Positions 1-11,358 of a stretch of 64,000 bases of DNA are shown here, piece after piece (within the stretch, counting starts at the first letter, position 1; each line of letters starts with the position of its first letter). The notes under the pieces are model-generated. The model had not been told where the DNA came from, searched no databases, and saw only the letters and a list, made by a program, of their open reading frames with translations. The position numbers and the translations under genes are program-made. Source of the stretch: Planctomycetota bacterium. GTDB taxonomy: Bacteria; Planctomycetota; UBA1135; UBA2386. The DNA is taken from the NCBI GenBank assembly GCA_965223545.1, contig OZ245006.1, positions 5,088,001-5,152,000 of the forward strand, read 5' to 3'.

Positions 1-782
1 TCGGTCAAGAACGCGTAGTTGCTGTAGTTGCCGAGCTGCCATTGGTAGTGCTCGCCGTTGGAACTGGGCCCGCGGTTGCGGCCGCCGTAGCTGGAGGCGT
101 TGGACAGCGCGATCGCCTCGGCTTGCAGGTAGGAACCGAGGACGTGTTGGCCGCAGCTGGGCACGTAGCCCCACAAGGTCTCGCGCCCGGAGCTGTGGAA
201 GTCGAGGACCTTGGTGAAGCGTTGATCCTCCGACCAGGCGACCATGGCTTGCGTCTCCGGCTCGGAGGCGGGTGCCCTACCCTTGATCCCGGTGTTGCAC
301 CGCGACGACCACAAGAACGGATAGTTGCGGTTGAGATCGATGCCGTTGCCGTTGGTCCGCGAGCGCCAGTAGCCGTCCGGGTTCCACACCGGTGCGACCC
401 AGATCTCGTTGTCATCGACCAGTCGGGTGATCTCGGGGTCCACGCCGTAGCCGTTGGTGAGCCGGCTGATCGTGTCGAGCGCCACGATTGGAGTGCCGTA
501 CTCGTTGCCGTGGTGGGCCGAGACGATCATGACCGAGGGCTCGTCCTCCTCCTGTCCGACGTTGTCCGAGATCTTGACCGCGTACAGGCGGTTGCCGCGA
601 ACGGTCAGCGGCGTGCCGTAGGTCGCGTTCAGATCGAACAGCTGGCAGATCGCGGGGAAGTTGTTGGCCGCGGCGGTCATCTGCTGAACGATCCCGTTGT
701 AGTCGGGAAAGCCCGACGGCTGCGCGAGAGCCGCGGTGGACAGAGTGGCGGTGACGATGGTGGAGACGCAGAGTTGCTTCAC
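1..782 (-). CDS. M14-family zinc carboxypeptidase, secreted (3' end runs off the window; not in the supplied ORF track)
   Basis: Hand translation from GTG 782 (GAGGA upstream): MKQLCVSTIVTATLSTAALAQ signal peptide, then AVKISDN..EDEP, HHGNE (HxxE zinc motif), VWNPDG, DLNRNY, SEPET and DFHS, as in carboxypeptidase T-like M14 enzymes. Confidence 0.88.
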   Translation of the reverse strand, partial: MKQLCVSTIVTATLSTAALAQPSGFPDYNGIVQQMTAAANNFPAICQLFDLNATYGTPLTVRGNRLYAVKISDNVGQEEDEPSVMIVSAHHGNEYGTPIVALDTISRLTNGYGVDPEITRLVDDNEIWVAPVWNPDGYWRSRTNGNGIDLNRNYPFLWSSRCNTGIKGRAPASEPETQAMVAWSEDQRFTKVLDFHSSGRETLWGYVPSCGQHVLGSYLQAEAIALSNASSYGGRNRGPSSNGEHYQWQLGNYSNYAFLT

Positions 783-916
783 GACGGATTCCTCTGAGCG
801 AGGCAAGAGGGTGGGGCGCGGGGAGCGTCCGCGCGAGCCCGAATGTAGCGCCCGCGGCTGGGTGGCGCCTCACGCGGGCGCTGCAGACCGAGTACCAACG
901 CGGTACCAAGCAGGTA

Positions 917-3883
917 TCAGCGGGCTTGCAGATCGATGCGCAGCGGCGCGCACTCCGCGATGACAATGCGGTTGCCCGCCACTGCACCCCAGCTGGTGTC
1001 GGCGCGCAGGGTGTAGTTCCCGGGTGGAAGGAGCGCTCGAAAGGCGAATTGGCTGCCGGCCGTAGAGGTCGCCCGCAGGTCTTCGATCAGTTCTCCGCCG
1101 GGCGCGAAGATGCGCAGCCGCGCTCGCCGCGGCGGCGCCGCGGCGGGTCCGTCGCCGGTGCGCAGGACGATGTCGCATTGCGCTGCCGGCCTGAGAGTGA
1201 CAGAGCGTCGGGTTTCGCGGTGCGGCTCGATGATCAGCGTGTGCGGGCCCGTGGTGTGTCCGTCCGCGCGTGCTCTCAATCGGTACTCACCGGCAGCGAG
1301 CCGGAGGTCGATCGCCGGAGCACCGAGCTGCGCGCGGTGGGCGGTGCGGCCGTCGAGGTCGCGCACGCACAGCTCCACTCCGCGCAATGGCGCCGATCCC
1401 GATGGAGCCAGCACTCGGATACAGGCCACGCCGAACTGAAGGGGCGACAGCTCGCCGAAATCGTGGGTGTCGCCGGGGCCGAGCTCGATGGTGCCGAGGT
1501 GTCGTTCGCCGCCGATGCCGCACAGCCATGCGCGGTACGCGCCGGCGGGTACTCGTTCGATCTCGAGGGGTGCTTCGACCGAGAGCGGCCACGCCCGAGG
1601 CCACGGGTAGCCGATCGGCTCGAGTCGCAGACTGAGTCCTTGGCTCCCCGCCCGGCTCTCGACGAGGGCTGCGCGCACACGGCCGGTCGGCCGGGCCTCG
1701 GTCGCGGTCAGCTGGAGCGGGGTCGAGGGGGCTTGCAGCGCAAGCCAAACCACCGGCAAGTTGCCGCCGCGGGGTCCGCGCCCGGGACTGAAAGCGGCGA
1801 GGACGAAGTCCGAGCCGCGCGGCAGCGGGAGCTCGAACTCGCCGTTGGCGTCGGTCGTCGTCATTGCCGTGCACCGGCGCAGGCCGCCGTCGATGCGGAT
1901 CGCCTGCACCACGCTGCCCGCGAGGCGCTCTCCGCCGACGGCGTCGACAGTGCCACGCACGGATGCGATGTCGATCGCGACGTCCCAGTGGTTGTCACCG
2001 CGATGCAGTTCGCGGCGCTCGGTACCCCAAACGCTGTCTCCAGCCGCGTCGCCGACGACCAGAAGCGCGTCACCGGCTGGCACTGCGGCCACCGAATAGC
2101 GCCCATCGGAGTCCGTGGTGGCCGTGCGCCACAAGAGGTTGGCGTCGCTGTTCTCGAGAGCGCCGCCGGCCGGTCGTACCGCGACCGAGAGGTCGGCGAT
2201 GCCACGGCCGGTCGGGTCGGTGACGCGGCCGGCCAGCGCGCCGTTGCGATGTAGCTGGACTCTCGTCGAGGTTCGAGTGCCGTCCACGCGGAGCGCTTGC
2301 CAGCCGAGCGCGTCGCCGGCACCGACCGCGACGAGGACGTAGTCGCCGGCGGCGATCCCATCGAACCGAGCCCGCCCCTGCGCGTCGCTACGGCTCAGCG
2401 CGGGGGCGTCGACCAGGCGGGCGTCACCGCTCGGGTAGAGGCCGAGCGTGGCGTTCTCCAGCGGTGCGCCGCCGGCGTCGACGACGTCGGCAAGCACGCG
2501 GCACGGCCGCTCACGCAGTTGTAGGTCGAGGTCGTGGTGGGCGGCGGAAGTCAGGGCGACCGACGCCATCGGCGAGGCCGCGGCGCCGCCGGCTCGGGCC
2601 CACAGCAGCGTGTCGGCGCGGTGCACGAACGTGGCGGCGTAGCGGCCCCGAGCATCGCTGCGGGCGATCAACGCCGCGGGCATGGCGGCGGCGGGGCCGG
2701 TCGCGCTCCACACCTCGGCGCCCGCCCGCGGCCGACCCTCCGCGTCGACCACCCGCCCGGTGACGGTCGCGGCGAAGCCGATCTCGATGCGGTGGTGTCC
2801 ACTCCGTTCGACGGTGAAGCGAGTGAACCCGGTGTCGCCGTAGCGCAGCCGCACCAGACCGGTTGGTACGCCGTCGAACACAACTCGCCCCTCGGCGTCG
2901 GTCGTGGCGTGCCGGAGGCTCTCGAGCGTCGCCGCGGGGGACTTGTCGTGGCGTCCGTCCCACTCCTCGAGGGCGACCGTGGCTCCGGCGATGGGGCGTC
3001 CGTCGGTGGCGCGCACCAGCGAGAACTCGAGTGCATGGCCGCGTCCTGGTCCGCTTTCGTCCCTGCCGACACCGGGGTGCGCGGGTTGTCGCGCCGTCGC
3101 TGCGGCCACGGCGGTGGAAGTGGACCCGGGCGATTCCGGTTTCGGCGTGCGCCCGGTGGCCGGTCGTCGGTCATCGGCCGAGTACCAAACGGAGACTCCG
3201 AGCACCGCCAGCAGCGCCAGGGCCATCCATCGCGCGCTGTTGGTTGGCACCCGAGGGGCGGGTGCCGCGGTGCTCGGCGCGCCGGCCTCGGCTGGACCGC
3301 GCGACTGCGCGGTCAGGTGCGGCAACGCCAGCAAGACCAGGACTCCCGGTGGTGCGTGGCGGCCCAATCGATCGCGCAGCCGCGCAGTGCCGCGTTGGAT
3401 CTGCGTGCGGACCGTACTCGCCGGCCGGTCGAGCCGCGCCGCGATGTCGTCGGCCGACAGTGCCTGCAGGTAGTGGAGACGCAGGACCTCGGCGTACTTC
3501 CGAGGCTGTGCCTCGATCGATGCGGACAAGTCGGCCAGCAGCTCGCGGGTCGCGGCTTCGTCACGATCGGCGCGGACCTCGTTGCAGTTCAGGCGCGTGG
3601 GGTCGAGCTTGCGGCGGGCTCTGCGTCGGCGGGCGTCGAGAACCTTGTGGCGCAGGATGCCCTGCAGCCAGTGAGCGAAGGCCTTCGTTGTGTCGAACTC
3701 GTCGGCGTGCAAGAAGGCGGCGATGAACGTCTCTTGCACGACGTCTTCGACGTCCGCCCCCGGGACCCGGAGTTTCAACGCCGCACTGTGGACTCGGTGG
3801 GCGGTGCGGTGGAACAGATGGGCGAACGCGTGCGGGTCACCGGCGCGAAACCTGGCAAACAGGTGCTCGTCGGTGGGGCGCAT
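917..3883 (-). CDS. ECF sigma-70 factor fused via a TM helix to carboxypeptidase-regulatory-like (Ig/prealbumin-like) repeats
   Basis: Sigma2 (EDVVQETFIAA..WLQGILRH) and sigma4 (IAARLDRPASTVRTQIQRG), hydrophobic segment WMALALLAVLGVSVW, then repeated GRVVD.GRP.AGA.V / TD..GR(F/Y) motifs. Confidence 0.85.
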   Translation of the reverse strand: MRPTDEHLFARFRAGDPHAFAHLFHRTAHRVHSAALKLRVPGADVEDVVQETFIAAFLHADEFDTTKAFAHWLQGILRHKVLDARRRRARRKLDPTRLNCNEVRADRDEAATRELLADLSASIEAQPRKYAEVLRLHYLQALSADDIAARLDRPASTVRTQIQRGTARLRDRLGRHAPPGVLVLLALPHLTAQSRGPAEAGAPSTAAPAPRVPTNSARWMALALLAVLGVSVWYSADDRRPATGRTPKPESPGSTSTAVAAATARQPAHPGVGRDESGPGRGHALEFSLVRATDGRPIAGATVALEEWDGRHDKSPAATLESLRHATTDAEGRVVFDGVPTGLVRLRYGDTGFTRFTVERSGHHRIEIGFAATVTGRVVDAEGRPRAGAEVWSATGPAAAMPAALIARSDARGRYAATFVHRADTLLWARAGGAAASPMASVALTSAAHHDLDLQLRERPCRVLADVVDAGGAPLENATLGLYPSGDARLVDAPALSRSDAQGRARFDGIAAGDYVLVAVGAGDALGWQALRVDGTRTSTRVQLHRNGALAGRVTDPTGRGIADLSVAVRPAGGALENSDANLLWRTATTDSDGRYSVAAVPAGDALLVVGDAAGDSVWGTERRELHRGDNHWDVAIDIASVRGTVDAVGGERLAGSVVQAIRIDGGLRRCTAMTTTDANGEFELPLPRGSDFVLAAFSPGRGPRGGNLPVVWLALQAPSTPLQLTATEARPTGRVRAALVESRAGSQGLSLRLEPIGYPWPRAWPLSVEAPLEIERVPAGAYRAWLCGIGGERHLGTIELGPGDTHDFGELSPLQFGVACIRVLAPSGSAPLRGVELCVRDLDGRTAHRAQLGAPAIDLRLAAGEYRLRARADGHTTGPHTLIIEPHRETRRSVTLRPAAQCDIVLRTGDGPAAAPPRRARLRIFAPGGELIEDLRATSTAGSQFAFRALLPPGNYTLRADTSWGAVAGNRIVIAECAPLRIDLQAR

Positions 3884-3904
3884 GCGGTTCGGTCAGCGCG
3901 CAGA

Positions 3905-5533
<1,629 letters not shown>

Positions 5534-5663
5534 TGCTCGAGAGGGGTTGAACAGTGTGCGGCGAAACCGCGGTCGGCGGATCAATGGTAACCGCGTCCAC
5601 CGTCGTGCAAAGCACCGTGCCCCGGCGGAATCGACACGCCGGCGCCGCCGCGCCGGCATGCGC

Positions 5664-7298
5664 TCACGCGGGATCTTCGGCGGGTAGGTCCCCGGCGCGC
5701 TGCATGCGCTGCCGGCGCCGGTCATCGGCTCCCTGCTCTGCGTCCATCCGGCCGAGGAACGCGCTGCCGATCTGCGCGCGGATCAGGCTGGCGAACAGGG
5801 GTGAGACGCGTTCGACGGCGCGGAACATCTCGATGGCGATGTGCCGGTAGGCGAAGTGACCCTCGGGGCCCGAGCGCAGCTCGATGAAGTACGCCACCTG
5901 ACGGGGGTCGAACAGCAGCCGCACTCGTTGGAGGAAGGCGAAGGGCGTCACGTAGCCGCTGGCGGCGCCGTGCGCGCGCGCAACCACGGTTGCGTCTGCC
6001 GCGGCTTGCTCCAGAGTTGCGCGGAACTCGTCGCCCAAACCGGCGTCGTCGATCAACGGCGGCACGACGAAGCCGTGCTCGGTGGTCAGGGGTTGCTGCT
6101 GTTGCAGGCCCTTGCGGTGCCGGCCGATGTCCCGATAGGCGCCGAAGTCGACCATCAGCTCGAACTCGAACGGCTGTGCCCCTTCGAACGCGAGTGGCAG
6201 CGGATCGCGTCGGCCGCGCCGGGCGAGGGCGCGGGCGAAGACCGCTTTGCGTTCGGCGTCGGTCATCGACCGGGCGTATTGCTGCAAGACGGCAAACGAT
6301 CGGTGGTCGCTCTCGTAGAGCAGCGATGCCAGCAGGCGCGTATCCAGCTCCGGATCGAACGTGAGCAGTGTCGCCGCCGGGACCCCGGCGCTGCTTGCTG
6401 ACGCCGCCACAGCGCACTCCGCGGCCAGGCCCGGCAAGACCTCGTACAGCGACGCGGTGAACTCGTCCGCTCTGGCGTGCGCCAGCAAGGTGCGCACCGC
6501 GTGGTCTCCCTGTTCTTTGAGCCGCTCGCCGACCAGGCGGAACTCGTGCAATGGGTGGCTCTTGAGCTCGCTGATCATGTCCGACAGCGTGCGCGCGTCG
6601 ACGACCATCCCCCATTTGGTGAGCAGCGCCGGCGTGAGCAGATAGCGCGCCGCGTCGAACGCCTCGGCCTTGATCGCGCGCCGATACGCTCCCGGCTTCT
6701 CGTCGGGGCGCAGCGGCCGCTTGCGCTCGAGGTGGCCGAGCAACATGTCGGTGGCGCGCTGATAGAGCGCGAAGGTGGTGTCGATGGTCCGTTCGTATGC
6801 GGCGGCCGCCGGTCCACCGGCTGCCATCACGTCCGGGTCGCGCCAGTGGCTCTCGTTGCTGAACGAGATGTAGCGCGTCGACGACTCCTCGAAGCTACAA
6901 CGCCGCTCGCGCTGGATGAAGCGGGTGACCAGCTGCGAGACGTTCTCGACCGCGATGTGCAGCACCGACCCTTCGCGCAGCGAGTTGTGGCCGTGATCGA
7001 TGGCGTAGGTCTTGAGAAAGGTGCCGGACTTGTCGGCCAGCACGTCCGTCAGCACGTCGCGGGGCGCCTCGCCGACGTCGAGGTCCTCGAGCGTGCGTCC
7101 GGCCTCCTGCAGCCCCTTCTTCAGCCGGGTGAGGAAGTTGTCACGCATCGACAGCTGGCTGCGGGAGTAGACCCCGTTCAGCGTCGCCGCGACCTCCGGT
7201 GGCAGATTGCGCACCAGATAGACGTCGGCGTGTGCACTCTTGTCGACGACCGAGAAGTAACGGGACAGGAGCCGGCGTTCGTGGGGCGAGTAGCTCAT
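5664..7298 (-). CDS. thyX: Flavin-dependent thymidylate synthase, tandem-domain (long) ThyX type
   Basis: YSRS, GHNSLRE and EESSTRY in the N-domain; RDIGRHR and FIELRS..GH..YR in the C-domain; about 544 aa, i.e. two ThyX modules. Confidence 0.8.
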   Translation of the reverse strand: MSYSPHERRLLSRYFSVVDKSAHADVYLVRNLPPEVAATLNGVYSRSQLSMRDNFLTRLKKGLQEAGRTLEDLDVGEAPRDVLTDVLADKSGTFLKTYAIDHGHNSLREGSVLHIAVENVSQLVTRFIQRERRCSFEESSTRYISFSNESHWRDPDVMAAGGPAAAAYERTIDTTFALYQRATDMLLGHLERKRPLRPDEKPGAYRRAIKAEAFDAARYLLTPALLTKWGMVVDARTLSDMISELKSHPLHEFRLVGERLKEQGDHAVRTLLAHARADEFTASLYEVLPGLAAECAVAASASSAGVPAATLLTFDPELDTRLLASLLYESDHRSFAVLQQYARSMTDAERKAVFARALARRGRRDPLPLAFEGAQPFEFELMVDFGAYRDIGRHRKGLQQQQPLTTEHGFVVPPLIDDAGLGDEFRATLEQAAADATVVARAHGAASGYVTPFAFLQRVRLLFDPRQVAYFIELRSGPEGHFAYRHIAIEMFRAVERVSPLFASLIRAQIGSAFLGRMDAEQGADDRRRQRMQRAGDLPAEDPA

Positions 7299-7362
7299 CG
7301 GGCGCCGCCCAAGAATGCCGTGCACGTCGGCTCGGGTCGAGATCCGAAGGCGGTTGGCTCGA

Positions 7363-9309
7363 TCACTGTTTCTTGCCCCCGGCGGCCTCTGAGGGTGTGG
7401 GGAGTAGCAGCACTCGCGCCAGACCGGCGATGCCCGGGTGGTTGGCACCGGGACTGCGCTCGGAAAACGCGATCTCGAGTCGCTTGATGCGGGTGAGCCG
7501 CTCGAGGTCGAAGTAGGTCGGCTGGCTGGGATGGGCGACCGCCTCGACTTCGACCGGCGCTCGGTTGTTGACGGTGATCCGGTATCGGCGCGGGAGGTCG
7601 AAGCGCGACGCCTGATCGGCGTGCGCCGCGGGTGGCTCGAGGACGAGAACGCGCGCCCGTATTGGCTTGCGCAGATCGATACGCAGCCGCGGCTCGGCGT
7701 CGTCCGCAGCGCTCAGCCAGCTGCTGCTGGTCATGCCGTCGAAGGCCTTGCCCGCGCTGTGCTCCTTCTTCCATTCGCTGCTGGCCTCGATCTCGGCGAC
7801 CTCCGCCTTCTGCAGAACATCGGCGGCGGCGTCGCCGGGCACGCGCAGCATCCAGGGTTCGAGGACGTGCTTGGCGGCGACCTCGATGGTCTGTCGCAGA
7901 GTGGCCGCGCCGTCGGCCTCGCCGTTCGCGGAGACCGATGCCACGATTTCGTATGTCTGGTTGCCGTTGCGCTCGGGCACGTGGCGTGCGGCGTAGGCCT
8001 CGCCTTGCCAGGGCTGGCTGGCGTTCCCCTCGAGCGCCGCCAGCGGCTCTCCGTTCGCGAAGTACTCGACTCGATGCACGTGCCACACGTCGCCGGCATC
8101 CGCCGTCGGTGTAGGTCCGATTCTCGAGAGCCACAGGTCGACCGGAGTCCCGTCGCCGCCGCCGACGGCGCGCACGCCGAGCTCGTTCTCCGGGGCTTCG
8201 GCCACGACCTCCGGCCGTTTCCGCCCGCGCTTGCTGCCGGTCACCGGGGCCGACGCCCGTTCGAGGAACAAGAGAGCGAAGCAAGTGTCCGTTTCGGCGT
8301 GGCGCGAGCGCCAGCTGCCGTTGTCGGCTTGGCCGTCAACCAGGAACTCGGCGCCGTCCCGATACCAATCGTGGTCGCCGAGCTTGTCGAGCTCGAGCAG
8401 CGAGCACACCCGTTCGAGGCCGTACAGGTAGTAGTGGAGGTTCAGGGCGGCGCCGCCGGGGTTGGTGCTGACGGAGTAGTTGTGCGTCAGCCAGGCGACG
8501 GCGAGTTGGGTCGACTGTTCGATCGCCCGGCGTTGGCTGCGGCTCAGTCTCGGCGCATGCGTGGAGATCAGCGTGAGCGCTGTGATCCCGGCGGTGGTCA
8601 TCGAGGCCGTCTCGGCGACGTCCGTCAGCTTGTAGTGGAAGCCAGCGATCTCCACACCGTCGACGGTGGTCGGTCGGTGTTGGTAGTCGAAGGTCGCTGA
8701 CAGCGACTCGAGCCAGTGTTTGCCCGGCACTGCGATGCCGATGGACGCGGCGGCGCGCATCGCGAGCAACGCGAACTGGGTGATCGACAGGTCGACGACG
8801 CGGTGCAGTGCACCGGCTCCGCCGTTGGGGTAGTCCCATGAGCCGCGCGTCTGCAGTGCGAGAATGGTGTCGAGCTGTTCTTCGATGAGCGCGCGATCTT
8901 CGCTGTGACCTGCCTGCGCCAAGGCCATCACTTGGGTCGCGATCGCGTAGATGCGCGTGGGGCGGCAGGTCCGCAAGTACGCCAGTCCGCGCTGGATCGT
9001 CGCGTGCTCGCCGTCGACGCCGGCTTTCAGCAGTGCATAGACGCACAAGCCCGTCTGTCCACCGCGGAACAGCTGCTGTTGGTATGCCCAAGACCCGTCG
9101 CGCTGCTGGCGTGAGAACAGGTACTCGATGCCGCGCTGGACGCTCGCGTCGATGCGCGCGCGCAGCGGCGCGACCTCTTCGGTGGGCGTCGGCTCTTCCT
9201 GTGCGAAGACTGGCTCGGCCGCCAACCATGGCGACAGGGCGGCGAGAAGCGTGGGGGCGAGCGCGTCGACGGGCGGGTGTCGCGGGGCGCGGCGGGCGGG
9301 ACCGGGCAT
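7363..9309 (-). CDS. Secreted prenyltransferase/squalene-cyclase-like alpha/alpha barrel protein with C-terminal discoidin-like domain
   Basis: QW-like repeats (YLFSRQQRDGSW, LQTRGSWDY, LVDGQADNGSW), DLSITQFALLA, ASMTTAG, YYLYGLER; C-terminal AFDGM..SSW typical of F5/8-type domains. Start uncertain. Confidence 0.7.
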   Translation of the reverse strand: MPGPARRAPRHPPVDALAPTLLAALSPWLAAEPVFAQEEPTPTEEVAPLRARIDASVQRGIEYLFSRQQRDGSWAYQQQLFRGGQTGLCVYALLKAGVDGEHATIQRGLAYLRTCRPTRIYAIATQVMALAQAGHSEDRALIEEQLDTILALQTRGSWDYPNGGAGALHRVVDLSITQFALLAMRAAASIGIAVPGKHWLESLSATFDYQHRPTTVDGVEIAGFHYKLTDVAETASMTTAGITALTLISTHAPRLSRSQRRAIEQSTQLAVAWLTHNYSVSTNPGGAALNLHYYLYGLERVCSLLELDKLGDHDWYRDGAEFLVDGQADNGSWRSRHAETDTCFALLFLERASAPVTGSKRGRKRPEVVAEAPENELGVRAVGGGDGTPVDLWLSRIGPTPTADAGDVWHVHRVEYFANGEPLAALEGNASQPWQGEAYAARHVPERNGNQTYEIVASVSANGEADGAATLRQTIEVAAKHVLEPWMLRVPGDAAADVLQKAEVAEIEASSEWKKEHSAGKAFDGMTSSSWLSAADDAEPRLRIDLRKPIRARVLVLEPPAAHADQASRFDLPRRYRITVNNRAPVEVEAVAHPSQPTYFDLERLTRIKRLEIAFSERSPGANHPGIAGLARVLLLPTPSEAAGGKKQ

Positions 9310-9458
9310 GGGCCGGCCCAGGGTATCGGATCGGCCGCCCGCGGCGCGTGCCTTCCCAGGGTGCTGGGCGCGACGCGTACAAACCGAGAGCCGGCCCTCG
9401 TGGCCGGCTCGCGGTCGGGAGGGTCCGAACAAGACCCTCGACTTGATCTCCAGACCAG

Positions 9459-9677
9459 CTAACCCACCATACTCACGGCGACCAGGGTGTTGCCCTGACG
9501 CTCGATCGCCAGCCCGTCTGCCATGGCGAGGCGACCGATCTCATCGAGCAGTGCCGCGCGCGCGTCCTCGACCCAAGGCGCAGGGCCCCGGGCCGATCGG
9601 TCGCGCCGCGCACGGCTCTCGAGATGCGCCAGGCACCCCAGAAGCGCGACGATCTGTGGATCGGTTGATGGTCTCAT
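9459..9677 (-). CDS. Small hypothetical protein (72 aa)
   Basis: ATG preceded by GGGAG; fills the gap downstream of trxB on the same strand; helical-looking sequence. Confidence 0.4.
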   Translation of the reverse strand: MRPSTDPQIVALLGCLAHLESRARRDRSARGPAPWVEDARAALLDEIGRLAMADGLAIERQGNTLVAVSMVG

Positions 9678-9720
9678 TCGTGTCTCCCACCACCGAATAG
9701 TCCCGCCGCCGGGCGAAGTT

Positions 9721-10656
9721 TCAGCCCTGCTCTTCGAGCCAGCGCTCGGCCTCGATCGCGGCCATGCAGCCGGTGCCCGCCGCGGTCACCGCTTGGCGGT
9801 AGTAGCTGTCCTGGCAGTCGCCGCAGGCGAACACGCCGGCGACGTTGGTCGCCGTCTTACCGGGAACCGTGCGCAGGTAGCCGTTGTCGTCCATGTCGAG
9901 CTGGCCCTTGAACAGGTCGGTGTTGGGCTTGTGGCCGATCGCCAAGAACAGCCCGTCGGAGTCGACCCGCTGCTTCTCACCGGAGGCCGAGTGGGTCAGC
10001 TCGAGGCCGTCGACGGCGCCCTTCTCCACGTCGAAGACGTCGGTGACGTTCTGCTGCCAGAGGACCTCGATCTTGGGGTTGTCGATCGCACGTTGCGCCA
10101 TGATCTTGCTGGCGCGCAGCTCGTCGCGGCGCACGACCATGTAGACCTTGCTGGCGTACCGCGTGAGAAAGGTCGCCTCTTCGCAGGCCGAGTCGCCGCC
10201 ACCGACGACGTGGACTACCTTGTCCTTGAAGAAGAAGCCGTCGCAGGTGGCGCACGCCGAGACGCCGCGGCCCTGCAGCTTGGTCTCGTTCTCCAAGCCC
10301 AGATACAGGGCCGACGCACCCGTGCTGATGATCAGCGTCTCGCATTCGAATGTGGAATCGGCGCTGGTGCGCACGGTGAAGGGACGCTTGGCGAGGTCCA
10401 CCGATTCGGCGTTCTCCTGGACGACTTCGGTGCCGAAGCGCTCTGCCTGGCGGCGAAACTGCTCCATCATCTCCGGCCCCATGATGCCGTCCGGGTAGCC
10501 CGGGTAGTTCTCGACATCGGTGGTGATGGTGAGCTGGCCGCCCGGTTGGTTGCCGCTCAGCAAGAGCGGGTTCAGCATGGCCCGGGCCGCGTAGATCGCT
10601 GCAGTGTAGCCGGCCGGGCCGGAGCCCAGGATGAGGGTCTTTCTTGGATCGCTCAT
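9721..10656 (-). CDS. trxB: Thioredoxin-disulfide reductase
   Basis: GSGPAG, GGQL.ITTDVENYPG, CATC redox motif, GGGDSA, RQAVTAAGTG. Confidence 0.97.
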   Translation of the reverse strand: MSDPRKTLILGSGPAGYTAAIYAARAMLNPLLLSGNQPGGQLTITTDVENYPGYPDGIMGPEMMEQFRRQAERFGTEVVQENAESVDLAKRPFTVRTSADSTFECETLIISTGASALYLGLENETKLQGRGVSACATCDGFFFKDKVVHVVGGGDSACEEATFLTRYASKVYMVVRRDELRASKIMAQRAIDNPKIEVLWQQNVTDVFDVEKGAVDGLELTHSASGEKQRVDSDGLFLAIGHKPNTDLFKGQLDMDDNGYLRTVPGKTATNVAGVFACGDCQDSYYRQAVTAAGTGCMAAIEAERWLEEQG

Positions 10657-10702
10657 GGTGCTGCGGTTGCGTCACGCCGCAAGGGCGCGCGAGCCGCGCA
10701 CC

Positions 10703-11167
10703 TTACCGGATCGGCCTGGCCGGCAGAGAGGGGATTCTGGCGAGCTCGTCCGGCGTCATGCGGCGCGGGTCGATGCGCACGCTGCCGTTCGGGTTGAAGC
10801 GACGCTCGTGGTTGAACGCGGTGGTGGCGACGAGGTCGACGCGCAGCTGGCCGTCCTCGCGCACCAAGACGAAGGTGCGCTCGGCGTCGCCGCTGTTGGG
10901 GTCGCGCACGGTGAGCAGGATCTCGGGATCACGGCGCTCGTGCGCGACGACCACGAGCCGTTGTTTCCCGGTCGTGCGGTGCATCGGCAAGTGGGGAATC
11001 AGCTGGCGCGACTCGCGGCTGAGCACCGCGCGCAGGCCGGCGCGGTCGCCCGCGAACAAGGCGTCCTGATAGCGGGCGAACACCAGCTGTGATTGTTCGA
11101 ATGCGTGATGATCGGCGCAGCCGAGCAGCGGCAGCAGGGCGAGGACCGCGGGGAGAGGAGCGCGCAT
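10703..11167 (-). CDS. Putative lipoprotein, unknown function
   Basis: MRAPLPAVLALLPLLG-C lipobox; short mixed alpha/beta body ending FVLVREDGQLRVDL. Confidence 0.6.
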   Translation of the reverse strand: MRAPLPAVLALLPLLGCADHHAFEQSQLVFARYQDALFAGDRAGLRAVLSRESRQLIPHLPMHRTTGKQRLVVVAHERRDPEILLTVRDPNSGDAERTFVLVREDGQLRVDLVATTAFNHERRFNPNGSVRIDPRRMTPDELARIPSLPARPIR

Positions 11168-11358
11168 ATCGCTTGCATCGGCCCGCTGGCAAGGGCGCTT
11201 GAGTCGACCGGTTCCGGCTCGTCGGAATGGGGCCCGAAAGGCACCGAGCGCCATCGGTCGGTTGCGGTCAACCGGACAGGGGCGTGACGCGGCGGGCTGC
11301 GGCGGCTATCGGTATAGGGGCCCGGGAATCGTTCCGTTACCGCGCGCCGGGGCACCGC

